This document shows, one piece after another, positions 13,605 through 27,537 of a stretch of DNA of 64,000 nt. Position 1 is the stretch's first letter; every line of letters starts with the position of its first letter. The notes under the pieces are model-generated. The model did not search any database and was not told the DNA's origin. It was given only the letters and a program-made list of their open reading frames with translations. A program made the translations under genes and the position numbers. This DNA is from Lama guanicoe (lineage: Eukaryota): assembly GCA_013239625.1 (NCBI GenBank), contig MU054032.1, positions 682,001 through 746,000 on the forward strand, given 5' to 3'.

Positions 13605-15366
13605 GTAAGATACTGTTTTTGCAATATTACAGCCTTTGGGGCTCATAGTCTGGAAATGACTGTCCTGAGTATAGAGTTGGCTGCTCAGCACATCATTTAA
13701 TGCCCTCCTTTTACTATTACTTCCTCTCACTGACTATTGATTGCATTTGGGAATTGTTTCACAAAGCTAATTGTTTTTCCCACAGATTGTTTTCAAAGCT
13801 TCCATGCAGGCTGGTCAAGATGTTGATTTCAGTGATTTTAAAACTTGTTACATCTGCTTTAACTTGTGATGTAGGCATAATGGAAATTGAATAATCAGGG
13901 GAAGACAATCCTGTCTTTAGGTCAAAAGTACCTAGAAACAAAATTTGGAGGTTCTGTGGAACAAAATTGAGAAAGTTATTTCATTCTTTCTGCCCCTCTG
14001 CTAACTGATACTATTAAGTTTAAGCAAGATAACTTTGTTGGCACCATGCTGGGTGGGTAAATCAGTCCTACAGGGCATTGTTGTGTTTGGAGTTTTGCTA
14101 GGCACATTGGAGAAAATGCTGAGGACTCTCCTGTTTGCCTAGAGCCAGGTAGTCTCTTAATCTTTCTTCTGTGGGAATGAGAACATGTTTCTTGTTTGAA
14201 GTGGTGGTAGGGTTAAGGGAAGACTATTTCAAACCAGAAAAACCGTCATTGGGGAAAAAAAGAATTATTTCCCATTTGGATATAGAAGCATTTACCTCCC
14301 TGGAAATCCATTGAAAAAAACTGACCTGATAGTAGTTATAGTTTTGTTCAAAAAAAAAAAAAGCAGCACATAAAAGTGAACACTAGTTGTGTCTCTATGG
14401 GACTCATAATCTTGAACACAACTGTGCTTCATCTTCCTTCCCTTTGGGTTACATTTTTTTATGTTTACCAGAAATACAGCATCAGATCTGTGTACCCAGG
14501 TTGACACTGAGACCATAGGTGGTCAGTAGGAGTATTTGGTAGTTTATATGAAATAAGTTAGGAGTTGAGAGGTAGGCAGAGTATATGATTCAAGCCATAT
14601 GCAGCTTAATTGGGAAGAACTGTTATAAACCAAAAGTCATTTGTGTTTTGCTAGATGGTCAGGGGGAAGGGTTCCTTGGATTTGTGGCCCTAGTTGTCAT
14701 CTGTTTCCTTTTTTTGTATATGAGGGCTAAGTATTTTGAGAATCTCAGCAGTAACTTGACTCCCATAGGGAATTGTTGAGTTTGTGTTTTGGAGGGCGGA
14801 GGGGAACAAAAGGTACCCACTGAACTGAGAAGTTACCTTGAGAACAAAAAATGAGACATGCAGCTCCATATAATCAGTGAATCAGTTTATTATAGGGTAG
14901 CTTACTCGTAGGATAGGATCGGTTACACAACAATCCGGAAGCATTTGCAGCTGCACTCTGCACTGCTGAAGGACTATTGGGACAGTTTTATAGTTAACCT
15001 AGGGTTTGTGGGTACATGCTTGGAAATGGGAAGTCAAGATTTATGAATGGGTAACTAGTTTCGGGGACACTGGGAGTATGTCAGCAAAGGTCTTCATTGT
15101 TGTTTAAAGACTAACAGAGCATAGAGGCCACCTAGACCTAATGATCATTAATATCTACTAAAATAGCCCTTGATGACAGAGAAGAGGTTTATTACACAAT
15201 ATAGTCCTAGGTAGGGTCAGTGGAAGGACAAGAGGAACTAAATGGACCTAGGATGGCATCAGTTATGCTTACAGCCATACATTGTGTATTCCATCAAAAT
15301 TAACAATATTGAACATCATATCTCCTGCTCCTTAGCTCATATGGACACATTCCTGAGAGGAATTTG

Positions 15367-16045
15367 GGGTTTTTTAATTTTTTATTAAAAAATTTTTTAA
15401 TTTATTTTTTGTGTTTTGATGGGGGGTGCATAATTAGGTTTATTTATTGATTTTTAGAGAAGGTACTGGGGATTGAACTCAGGACCTCCTGCATGCTGTG
15501 CATGCTGAGCATGCACTCTACCAGTGAGCTATACCCTGCCCCCTGGAGTTTTTTAAAATTCTTTTTTTTTAATTGAAATATAGTCAGTTTACAATGTTGT
15601 GTCAGTTTCTGATATACTGTTTAATGTTTCAGTCATACATATGTATTTTCATATTCTTTTTCATTGTAGGTTACTACAAGATATTGAATATAGTTGCCTG
15701 TGCTGTACAGTATAAACTTGTTTAATTATTTTTTATTGAAGTGTAGTCAGTTTACAATGTTAGTTTCAAGTGTACAGCAAAGCGATTCAGTATACATACA
15801 CATACATTCATGTATATTTTTTCAGTTTCTTTTCTATTACTGCTCATTACAAGAAATTGAATATAGTTCCCTGTGCTATACAGTAGGTGCTTGTTGTTTA
15901 TCTATTTTATATATAGTAATGTGTATCTGTTAATCTCAAACTCCTAATCTTATCTACCACCACCCCCCGCCTTCCCCCCGGTAACCACAGTTTGTTTTTT
16001 GTATCTGTGAGTCTATTTACGGTTTGTAAATAAAATTTTTATTTA
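15367..16045 (-). mobile_element. Stacked insertions: two L1 3' ends plus a vic-1-like SINE (~15378-15543)
   Basis: Outer TSD GAGAGGAATTTG (15355-15366, 16046-16057); two repeats of the L1 terminus ATTGAA.T.TAGTCAGTTTACAATGTT; SINE with GGTACTGGGGATTGAACTCAGGACC. Confidence 0.8.
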
Positions 16046-17021
16046 GAGAGGAATTTGTTCTTCACTTTATACTGTCCACCTGAGTTATACAGGGATATCA
16101 GTCTTGTCTTTTCCCTTTCCTGGAATCTTTCTGTGTATTTGATCTCTTTTTAGCCTCCACAGGAGGCTGAGTAAAACATGAAGAGGTACATTTATTAACT
16201 TCCAGCAAATTTTGTGACTTTGAGCAAATTACTAAACTTCTTTGATCCTCATCTGTAAAACTGGAAATAATACCTAACACTGTGTTTGCAAAGAATAAAT
16301 AATTGTATATTTGCAATTATCTACATGGTTACACTTTGACCCTCAATAAATGTTAGTTTTCTTAGTTCAGTTCTGTTGGCCAACTGGTTTTATCACTTTG
16401 AGTCAATTAACTTCTGTGTTTTAGTTGATCATTGATAAGATTTCAGTTCCTGTTTTAAATTCTGAAGTTATGATGAGATAATGGTAATTGGAAGAACTGA
16501 CTATATGAGCTCTGTTCTTTAATAACATTCATTGTCACACGTGTTCTAGAGTAGTGCTTCTCCAGTTCTGTGGCAAAAGACTAGTTTTTAAAATTTCCAA
16601 TTAATTGTAGAGTGGTACTTTTGTAAAATACAATAAAAATGTCAAAGCAATGTTAAGTTGCTTCGTAAATTTCTAAACACTCTCAATTTCTGGACTTACT
16701 GCCGACTGGTAACAAACAGCGCTAAAGGCAGACCACGTTTTGAATTACACTGTGTTAAGAGTATATATGATTTCTTCCAAGAACCACTTGGAGACTTATG
16801 ACTTTCTGAGATAGGTTCGATTTACATTAGTCATAAATCCTGATTTTCAGAACCATCCTAATTTTAACAATTTGCCCTAATTTGCTTCACATAAACCATT
16901 AAAATGTTCCAGAAATGCTGGTATTTTGCTATCTAGATCATCACCATTCAGTGGAACTTTCTGTGATGATGGGAATATTCTGTAGAATATTGTTCTATTG
17001 AATAATCTGTGTTATCTAATA

Positions 17022-19526
17022 CAGGCATACTTTGGAAATGTTTCAGATTCAGTTCCAGACCACCAAAGTACAGTGAATATTGCAATAAAGTGAGCCATGA
17101 ATAAAAAAAAAAATATACATACCTAAATTTAAAAATACTTTATTGAATTACACTGTATAGCACAGGGAACTGTATTCAATATCTTGTGGTAACCTATGGT
17201 GAAAAAAAATATGACAGTGATTATATGTATATTCCTATATGACTGAAGTATTGTGCTGTACATCAGAAATTGACACATTATAAACCGACTATACTTCAAT
17301 AAATATATACATACATATATATAAATATGTGTGTGTATATATATATAGATATATATATACACACACAAAATACTTTATTCCTAAAAAAATGCTAACAATC
17401 ATATGAGCCTTCAGTGAGTTGTAATCTTTTTGCCATGGAAGGCTGCTGACTGTGATCGGGATGGTGGTTGCTGAAGGTTGAGGTGGCTGTAGCAGTTTCT
17501 TAAAAATAAGACAACGGTGACATTTGCCAGTGAGGTTCAGTTGACTGACTCTTCCTGTCACAAATGATTTCTCTGTAACATGCAGTGGTGTTTGATACCA
17601 TCTTGCCCACAGTAGTTCTTTCAGAACTGGAGTCAGCCCTCTTAAACCCAACTGCTGCTTTATCAGCTAAGTTTATAGAATATTCTAAATCCTGTGTTGT
17701 CATTTCAGTAGTCTTCACAGCATCTTCCCAGGAGTATATTCCATCTCAAGAAATGACTTTCTTTGCTTATCCATAACAAGCAACTCCTCATCCATTCAAG
17801 TTTTGCAATGAATTGTAGCAATTCAATCCCATCTTCATGCTCAACTTCTGATTCTAGTCCTTTTGCTATTTACACCACATCTGCAGTTACTTCCTCCACT
17901 GAAGTCTTGAACCCCTCAGAGTCATCCATGAGGGTTCAAATCAACTCTTTTCAGCTTGCTGTTAAACTTGATATTCTGACCTCTTCCTGTGAAATCACAG
18001 ATATTCCTAATGGCATCTAGAATGTAGAATCCTTTCCAGAAAGTTTTCAGTTTGCCCAGATCCATCAAAGGAATCACTATGTGTGATGGCTGTAGTCTTA
18101 TGAAAAGTATTTCTTAAATAATAAGACTTGAAAGTTACAATTACTCCTTGATCCAAAGAATGCAGAAGGGATGTTGTATTAGCAAGTGTGGAAACAACAT
18201 TAATCTCACTGAACATCTCCATCAGAGCTCTTGGGTGACCAGGTGCATTGTCAACGAGCAGCAATATTTTGAAAAGAATCTTTTTTTCCTGAGCTATAGG
18301 TCTGAACAATGAGCTTAAAATATTCAGTAAACCATGTTGTAAGCAGATATGCTGTCATCCAGGCTTTGTTGTTCCATGTATAGAGCACATGCAGAGCCCT
18401 AGGATTTTCAGAATGGTAAATGAGCATTAGCTTAAAATCACCAGCTGTGTTAGCCCTTTGCAAGGGAGTCTGCCTGTCCTTTGAAGCTTTGAAGCCAGGC
18501 ATTAACTTCTGCTCTTTAACTGCAAAAGTCCTAGGTGGCATCTTCTTCCAGTATAAGGCTGTTTCGTCTTCATTGAAAATCTGTTGTTTTGTATAGCCAC
18601 CTTCATTAATTATCTTAACTCAGTCTTCTAGATAACTTATTGCAGCTTCTGTATCAGCGCTTGCTGCCTCACCTTGCACTTTTATGTTATGAATGCAGCT
18701 TCTTAAACCTCATGAACCAAGCTCTGCTTGGTTCAGACTTCTGCAGCTTTCTCACCTCTCAGCAGCCTTCATAGAATTAAAGAGAGTTAGGGCCTTGCCA
18801 TGGGTTAGGCTTTGGTTTAAGGGAATATTATGGCTGGTTTGATCTTTTATCTAAACCACTTAAACTTTCTTCACATCAGAAATAAGGCTGTTTCACTCTC
18901 TTATCATTCTAATGTTCACTGGAATAGCACTTTTAATTTCCTTCAAGAACTTTCCTTTGCATTCACAGCTTGGCTGTTTAGTACAAGAGGGCCTAGCTTT
19001 TTGCCTGTTACAGCTTTTGACATACCTTCTTCCTTAAACTTAATCATTTCTAGCTTTTGATTTAGAGTGAGAAACATGCAACTCTTCCTTTCACTCAAAC
19101 ACCTGGACACCATTGTAGGGTCATTAATTGGCCTAATTTCCATATTGTATCTGAGGGAATAGGGTGGCCCAGGAAGAGGGAAAGAGACAGGGGAGTGGCT
19201 GGTTGGTGGAGCAGTCAGATCACACACATTTATTAAGTTCACTGTCTTATATGGGCATAGTTAGTGGCACCCCAAAACAATTAGAATAATAACGTCACAG
19301 GTCACTGATCACATATCCCCATAAGTATAATAATCATGAAAAAGTTTTAAATATTGCAGGGATTACCAAAATACGATACAAGAGACATAAAATGAGCAAA
19401 TGGCTGTTCAAAAAATGTCTCCAATAGACTTGCTCAACATAGGGTTGCCACAGACTTTAAATTTGTAAGAAGTACGATGTCTGTGACATGCAGTGAATCG
19501 AAGCACAGTAAAACAAGGTGTGCCTG
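17022..19526 (-). mobile_element. Near full-length Tigger1 (pogo/Tc1-mariner) DNA transposon with decayed transposase
   Basis: TIRs CAGGCATAC (17022-17030) and GTGTGCCTG (19518-19526) with TA duplications. Minus-strand ORF fragments LTLNQKLEMIKFKEEGMSKA (CENP-B-type HTH), [10 protein letters not shown], and [13 protein letters not shown] (DDE domain). Confidence 0.92.
17145..17366 (+). mobile_element. 5'-truncated L1 3' end inserted into Tigger1
   Basis: 13-bp TSD AAAATACTTTATT (17132-17144, 17367-17379) at a TT/AAAA site; AATAAA followed by a (TA)n/(CA)n-converted tail. Confidence 0.8.
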
Positions 19527-19610
19527 TACTCTAGTTATTAGCCACATATGGTGGTTGACCACTTGAAATGTAGCTAGTGTGACTGAGGAACGGAATCTTT
19601 AATTATCTTA

Positions 19611-19720
19611 TTTTTTTAACTTTTTAAAATAATATTTTTAAATGGAGGTACTGGGGATTGAACGCAGGACTTCATGCACGCTAAACATGTGCTCTACCAC
19701 TGAGCTGCTGCTTTCCCCAC
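19611..19720 (-). mobile_element. tRNA-Ala-derived SINE (vic-1-like)
   Basis: A/B-box head; TSD TAATTATCTTA (19600-19610, 19721-19731). Confidence 0.8.
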
Positions 19721-22700
19721 TAATTATCTTAAATTTAAATAGCCACATTTGTATTAGACTCAAGTCTATCTTTTATCTCCCACACAGCTGTCATACTTAC
19801 ATAGCATAGAGATCATTTATCAAACCGCATATTTGGACCATTGTTTCCATAGCCCAGAATTCTTTAGTATTTGTAAAATATAAGCAGTTTGAGAGTAGAT
19901 TTGTAAAAGGAGAAAAGTTGGAGAAAAGGGAATAGGAGATAAGAAAAGAAAGTGTTCTTTTTTTCAAGTAACTTTTTTTGGTAGAACTTAGTGTTCTAGA
20001 CCCAAATCCTGAAATTGCACCTGGCTATATTTTCAGTTAGAGTTGGTTGGTTTAGAGTCTTGTGTTTAACAGTTCTCTATTGTCAGAAATGATTTGCTGC
20101 CTAGTACTTGGTTGGCTAGAGGTAAATGATGTGATTAAATTTGTATTTATGGAACAGCCAGATCAGCACACTTAATATTCATCTCATCCTGGGGTCCTGG
20201 GTTCAAGTATAGCCTCCTCCTGTGTGTTGGGTCATCTGTCTTTAAGTTGTACAATTCTCTAGGCACAAATCTCATTCAGTTAGATATGGTACAGATAGTA
20301 GAAGTTAATAGGTGATGTGAAGATAACCTCTTCTTCATCCTAGTATCCTAAAAGGGGCAATGAGAGACCTACCTCTTACCATCTCCAGTGCATGGCGTGT
20401 TTGCTTGATCCAGCGTAAGGCCCTGATTGCTTGGTTGATTTCTCTTCAGTAGATTCTGCTGCACTGGATGTAATAAAGAGACAGGATGTGTGAGAGGAGT
20501 GAGCCATAGATCAATAAATAGTATTAATGACAGATTTTTTTCCTAACTGTCACAGTCTGCCCATCTCCTCTTCATATTTTAAATATGTGACTTCAGCATA
20601 TTATAAATTTGAAGATATCAAATTTCTGCTGTTCTTCCTAGGCTGACTGAGCACATATATTTCAATTTTCAGCTCCACTAGTGCACTATACATATTAAGC
20701 AGTACACAGAAACTTAAAGAAATCTGGCTACCACACCTCCCCCCATCATCTTCCCCCTTTCCCCCTGCCCAAGAAAGGCCTGCCCGTTCATGTTTCCAGC
20801 TCAAGTCTCAGTGAATAGAATCCTGTTGGTTTAGGATAATGGGAAGTGACAGGGCAAAGAATGGCGCTGGCATTTATAGACATTTTTTTACACAAGAGGC
20901 TGTAAATTGTCTCCTCCAACTCTTTGGACTATTTGAGGATAGAATGGCATGCCTTTTCTCATATAAGCCTCATAGTGACCATGGACTGAGAAACCTTCCA
21001 CCCCCTCAAAACAAAACGCAGATAAATAACCTCTGCCTGGTTGGTTCTGATTGATCCCCAGCTAAGTTTTCAACCTTGTGCTTGACTGGTGGTTTTTTTT
21101 TTCTCTGTCAGTTAGTTTTCCACGCCTCCCAAGAGAAGTAGTGCTTGGGTTAGTCCCTATTGGTGATGGACAGCACATGGCCTGGCACATAAGAAATTCA
21201 TCTCTAAAAGGAGTGAGAGATGGATAGAGGAAATAGATGGGAAGCCAGCTCAGTTAATATATGCTGGTCATAGGATGTTTTGGTAAAAACGAAGTCTGGG
21301 CTTATAGTTGTATTGTTAACTTGATGTAGCTGATTTGAGTGGATTGGGTTTTTTTGGTTTGTTTTCAAACATTGACACATTTGGGACAGTGAAACTTGAT
21401 ACTTTAGGAAGTTACAGGAAATCCAGTTAGGTAAGTATTTAAAACAAACAAAACCAAGCCCAAGCATTAAGCAGAAAACCGAAGTATGGTTTATACTCTT
21501 CTTCCCTGAGAATGTGAGGGATATGTTACTGCTTCTTGATTTTTGATTAGTAGTTGAAAATATTGACCTTAATACATCTTCCTTCTCTACTAGGATATCA
21601 CTGAGTTTTCCTTACTTGTAGTTCTTCATATAAGTAACTGTCCTGATGAGTTATCTTAAGGCCTGTAAACCCTAAAGACTACTTTTTCCAGATTTGTGAT
21701 TTTCCAGTATCTTCCCTGATGAATGTACTGTGTTACACAGTGTCAGAATATAAAAAGGTTGAAAATAAATATCCCTGTACTGTCTTCTTGTTGAGGCTGG
21801 TAGCTAGAAGATTCTCAGGCTGCAGTGATTAGTTTCATGAACCTTTTGTATTGCTGGGGATGAACCACTTCAGAGTGAGAGATGTTGGACCTGCCTTGAT
21901 TCTGAGGAGCTTGTCGCAGAAATGTGTTGAGATATCAAAGAGGAAGCTAGGACAAAGAAGAGTCAGTTCCAAGCACAGGAGGGCACCAGTGTCTACAAAT
22001 TTCATTGTGGCTAACTGATGATGGGCTTATCTCCATTCGCTCTCTTCTGGAAGGCCTGTTTGATTCTATTGAGATTGCATCCCACCATCTAAAGGAGATG
22101 AAGAATGTTTGTTTCTCCCTTCAGCAGTGAGTTTTGGTATAGAGGTTAGCCAGTGAAGGGATGTGAAGAGAAGGAAGTTCACACTATAGAATTAGATGTT
22201 GGTCATCAGCCTTCCCACAAGGTCTGTAATTAGGATTTGTTAGAGAGTTTAAGTGTGTGTATACAAACCTTTTCCAAAGGAAGACTTGTAGGACATGCAT
22301 AGGACATTGCCAGCACGGAGCTGTAAGAACCTGAGGAACCTTCGTAAGCTATGGCAAGAAGTTTGGTAGAATATTTTTTAAAGGAATAGAAGGTAGAAGA
22401 TTTAGATCACAGGATAAGTTGGAAAAATAGCATTCTGGGTAGGTTTGGGTTCTTTCCATTCACGTGTACTCAAGCAGCAGTACTTAGGCCAAGTGCAACA
22501 CTTAATTCTCTATTCTCTTTTCTCATGGTGCCCTATGAGAATAAGAAAAATAGTAGGATTGTAGATGGAGAAACATCAGTGTAGATCCTCTTAGTCATTG
22601 TATTTAATAGATGAAGGGCTTTGGGGTAAATTTCCGTCCCTCCTCCTTCATCCTAGATTGTCATTGTCTCAAAAAATGCTTCTTCCACTTGCAAAATTGT

Positions 22701-24463
22701 GTTCTTCTAACTTACATTAACCAACAAGAAGAGAAGATAAGAACAGGTTATATAGTAGATAGAGATGGCATTTGAGAGTGGCCATCAGAGAAGATGAATT
22801 TCAGAAAAGCCAAAATCCAAGCCCACATAGTCCTCAGCATTTCTGGGAGCTTTTCAGAGCCCAACTAAAATTTAACCAGTCCTTTAAATCCCCTTCTAAT
22901 TCATAATAATTTGAAAATAAGTATTTGGGGTTTTTTTTTCCCCTTCTGCCTCCTCCTCTAAGATAACACATATGCTGCAGTTTTTCCAGCCACCCACTGG
23001 AACAAACCTTGAGGGAGTGGTGAAGGAGCTGTTCAAAGAGGAAACAATAGGGAAAACTCTCTGACCTCAGTTTATCCCCTCATCTGGTTCTTCATTTGTC
23101 CCTGCTGAGGAACAGAACTTATCTTTTGTCTGTAACACAAATACATCTTTACCTCCTTCCCTTCCCACTTCCCCCCCCCACCCTCTCTTCTCATTCCCTT
23201 CTATTATGGTTCCAATCAATGATGTCTTTATGTGTGCCATTCAACTGCTGTTGAACCACTTGGCTATAGGAATTTGGAAGAGCAAAGAGGCAGAATGGAA
23301 TTTTTCTCTCTCCTGTCCAGGGCTCTTGAAAATATGTTCTAATTTTAACAGGAGAAATAGGAGTCAGGGTTTTCTTTGCTCAACTTCTTCTACCCTCCCT
23401 CTATGCCCTAAACCTCAAACATACACTTTTTACCTGGCTGTGTACATAAGAAAATTGGCAAGAAATGTTAGGAATATAACTTGATCACTTTAAGAGGAAA
23501 ATCTTTAAAAATTGGGGGAAACACAACGAAATTTTTGGTGCTATACTAGCATTTATGATTGGTATTTGCCCTGTTTACTATAAATTGGATCTCTGTGAAG
23601 TTTCTGATAGAGGGTTGTACTTCCATAAGGTACATGGTTGAGACCACTAGCATCTTGTACCATTTCATTTTATTTTTCTCTCTCTCATTTCATTCATTGA
23701 ATTTGAACCCCAAAAAACTGAAGGTAAAAAAGTTTGTAGTAAGAAAAAAAATTTATTCTCTTTTCTGTCTCCTCTGCTTGATACCCCACCCCCACTAATG
23801 TCTTTACATTCCTTTTTCTGATTTGTTGGAACTGATGAATTTCATAAAAAACGAGTTTTATGCTTCTCTGTTGACCCCCTTAGTCTTTACCTCAAGAGTG
23901 AACATAGCCTGGAAAAGGAGGAGAATGCTGCATTCTGTTGAGTCTGTTTTGCTTTTAAATACCTTCAGCTGTTTTTGCCAACCAAGTTCTTGGGGGTGGG
24001 ATCATTCTTTGAATGTCAGGTTTTAAAAAATTGCCACTATAGTACATAAGGCTTTTAAAAGCCACCCATAAGTCATACTATATCTCATTGTATGTCTGGT
24101 TGTATGTCTAATTTTGCGTTGACCAGTAGCTGGCCTGGCTCTCTAAGCAGAGCAGTATCTGAACACTCCCAGATACTCTCCCTGGCTATGGTGAAATGTG
24201 AGCTAACTGTCTGAATCCAGGCCTGTCCATGCTTCAAAATCTATATGGGAGGGAAAAGTGTGGAATGTTTTTTATTTTGGTTTGGGTTTTTTGGTATGTG
24301 TGTTATTAATTTTGGGAGGGAGTATGAAATTTTGGTGTTCAAAGGCTTCTCACGATACAAGAGCTGTAGCAGTGTCAGAATGTTGAAGATGTATTCTAAT
24401 ACTTGAGAGACTAATACTTGAGTAATACTGTTTGTTGGGCTGGTATTGATAAGGAGAGGTAAC

Positions 24464-24832
24464 TTTTTTTAATTGAAGTATAGTCATTTACAGTGTGTCA
24501 GTCTCTAGTGTGCAGCATAATGTCCCTGTCATGCATACATATACATATATTTGTTTTCATATTCTTCTCTGTTAAAGGTTATTACAAGATATTGAATGTA
24601 GTTCCCTGTGCTATATAGAAGAATTTTTTTTATCTATTTTTATATATGGTGGTTAACATTTGCAAATCTCCAACCCCCAAATTTATCCCTTCCCACCCGC
24701 TTTTCCTGGTAACCATAGGAATGTTTACTGTATCTGTGAGTCTGTTTCATTTGTAGATGAGTACATTAGTGTCCTCTTTTCTTTTTTCTTTTTTAGATTC
24801 CACGTATGAGTGATATATGGTATTTTTCTTTC
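24464..24832 (-). mobile_element. 5'-truncated L1 3' end
   Basis: TSD AGGAGA(G/A)GTAAC (24452-24463, 24833-24844); same L1 terminus as the copy near 15570. Confidence 0.8.
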
Positions 24833-27382
24833 AGGAGAAGTAACATTTTAAAAAATACATATGGATTCAGTTCAAGTAAGGGTTAATAATTACATGATAA
24901 TTCATTTTCTTATGTTTTCACCAAAATAGTAAAGTTGCTTTCATGCCTGAAAGCTGAAGCAGGTCAGATGACATCCTGTAGTATTTTGGAGATGGAGATG
25001 GTGATGAGGCAGGGGTAGGGTATCAGATTAGGTGTTTTATAGGGGGATACTTGGTGGTGATGTTTGCAAACTAGCAAAGGCCCTGTTTTTTTTTTTTTTA
25101 ATAAAATCTGAGGTCCCTTGTTAAGATCTAGAAAACGCTAACTCCTTTCCTCCCTTCCTTTTCCTTTGCTACTTTGTTCACATATTTTTAAAGGTAGTAT
25201 TTAATGTATTTATACCTTCTCATCCCCAGAGCAGATTCTTAGGACAGATATAGAAATGTATTTTCAGAGTGTTCTACATTTAGAGTTTATATCAAATATT
25301 GAACGTTTAAATTCCTAACAATGAAGATGTGTTATTGAGAAGGAGATTATATTTGAAGTGCTTAGTGTTTGGATATTAGAAAATATTTATTTGTGAGGAG
25401 TTTATTGGGGTGTAGAGTAGAGGAGGCAGTTATAGAATTTTCACTACCATGCTTATGCTTAAGGTATATAATTGTTCAGGAGGAAGAACAATTGGAAATT
25501 AACAGACCTATAAGGTGAGAGATGGGCCTTACATGATGTTGGACCTCTTTAGTGCTCTAAATGAACTAGCAAAACACATGAGCCTTAAGACAAAAGCCAT
25601 CTGTTCTCCTGTCTGTTCTCCACTTTATTGATACTCTCCCTCTTCCCCTGTGTCAGTTCTATAGAAAAAAATACCTTTGTGTGCTTGAAACTAGTTGCCT
25701 CTCTTTTTCCCCACACACCTGAGGTGTTCCCTGATCTTATTTTGACGCGTTCTTCCTGTATTAAACTCCCCTGATAAAAGAGTCTGTTTCTCTATTTTAA
25801 TTCTAGGAAGGCAGCAAGACAGATGTGTGCCTTTGAGCCAGCAGTGATACCTTAGTAGCTTTCTTTTTCCCTTCACATCTTTGCAGCTGAGATAACCTGT
25901 TTGCAGGAAGCATAAGCTTTTTTGGAAGGCCCCCAGTGTTTTCGGGGGGAAATTGGAGTGGAATAGCAGCCTTATTTGGTCTTAACAAGAATTTTTTTCC
26001 CCCTATACTTTATCAAAGCCTTTTGCAGTTGTTCCTAACTATTGCTGCACCTAAGGGTCTTAGTGGTCCCTTACAGTTCCCTAGGTTCTACCTTTCGAGA
26101 TTCAGATTTTTTAGGTTGAGGTGAAGCCAGAAATCTGCATTTTAAGATATTACAGGTGAAAAGAACCTATTTTCCTAGCGCTTATTATAAATTTCTGAAT
26201 GCTCAGGTAACGGTCGTCTTTCATTCTTTGTATATTTTCGTGAAGACAGAATTCACCTCCTCTTGAAAGTTTTTAGCTTCCCTCTACTGATTTCTTGACA
26301 TTTCTGCCAAGCTCTGCATCACTTATCCTTAAAAGCAGCAGCTTCCTGGCTTTTAAGAGAGGGAGGTGGGGACTTTTAATAGAAACTTGATTTCCAAGTG
26401 TCTCAAGTGTGAAGCCTTCATTTCCTCCACCTTCCTTGCTTTGTCCTACAGTCAGCTAGAGCAAGACCGAGACGACCTCCCCGGGTCTGGGGAGGAGTGG
26501 GGGTCAAGGGGAAAAGCTTGATGTGGATAAGAGAGAAAAAGTAATGGGAGCCAGTGACCCAGAAGAGTGTTTGGTTCTGAGCCGAGTATATATTGGGGCT
26601 TCAAGTACTGTAAAGATAGAAGATGCAGTTCCTAGTGGTCTCTAATTCTGATGTAGTTTTACAGTTCCTGGTACCCTTGTGGCCCTAGAAAGTTGATTCT
26701 GATCTTAACAGTGTAAAGATTGTTGTGAGTAGGTAAGATTATTGCATTGGGAAGTATGTTATGTGTGTGTGCAGGAGTGTTAGAGTATTTCTTTACTATG
26801 TATATGTTAAGATGGCATACCCTCTGTTAGTCCAGTCCTTCACCTTTAGACTGTGCATTGGTTTCTAGGACCACCCCATGTTCTGTGATCTGGCTGGTGT
26901 AAAGGCTCAGGAGTAAACATGTTCAAATGAATTGCAGAAACTGGGGCAGGGAGGTGACAGCTGTGTGTTTAAGCATTGAAGTGTTTCTGAGAGAAAAACC
27001 ATCAGTTGCTGTCGCTCACCCCGAGAGTATGAAATTGGAAGCCCACTTACCCTGGAGTGTTTCATAACCTTTACCTCTGGGAAGTCAAGGCCATGTCATT
27101 ATTAATCTACCATCGCCTGAAAGCCCCCAGGCTCTGCTTTTCATCCTACCATCAGTCATGTGGCAGTGAAAGTCAGGAAAGTCATCATAAGGCCCCCTCT
27201 CTTCCTTTTTGCTTCACTCTTACATTCCCTTGGAAAATCAGATTGGCCTGAGAATTATTAACATCTTGGTATTTACAAAATTCATTTACAAAAGGGGGCA
27301 ATTACTTGTTTATTTTTGCAAGCTGTGATCATTTTTAGCTCACTGTCAGCCTCTCTTCCATCACTCCAGGGAAAAGACTTCT

Positions 27383-27537
27383 GAGAAAATAACTGTTAAA
27401 GTGAGATGAATAAAGTGGCATGGTTTAGGTGCTGTTGGGAATATATATGAGACTTTTACATTGAACAGTGTTGGATGTGAATAGGAGCTCAGTCATTAAA
27501 ACAGCTATAGCAGAAGGGCCAGTTCCAACTCAGAGTA
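27383..27537 (+). repeat. Intronic duplicated element, copy A
   Basis: Aligns over ~155 nt (about 80% by eye) with 32566-32722. Confidence 0.85.

Larger units (their letters stand above)
16940..19760. mobile_element. MER3-like hAT MITE split by Tigger1 (halves ~16940-17021 and ~19527-19760)
   Basis: Left GAACTTTCTGTGATGATGGGAATATTC and right AGCCACATATG..CACTTGAAATGTAGCTAGTGTGACTGAGGAAC..TTTAAATAGCCACAT match the recalled MER3 consensus. Confidence 0.75.

Noticed and set aside
17289..19242. Active or domesticated Tigger transposase
   Set aside because: The ORF is broken into several frames by stops and frameshifts.
27460..27481. CAGTGT-containing hairpin as an iron-responsive element (also at 32646-32667)
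   Set aside because: There is no unpaired C five bases 5' of the loop, the upper stem TTGAA/TGGAT does not pair, and the site is intronic.
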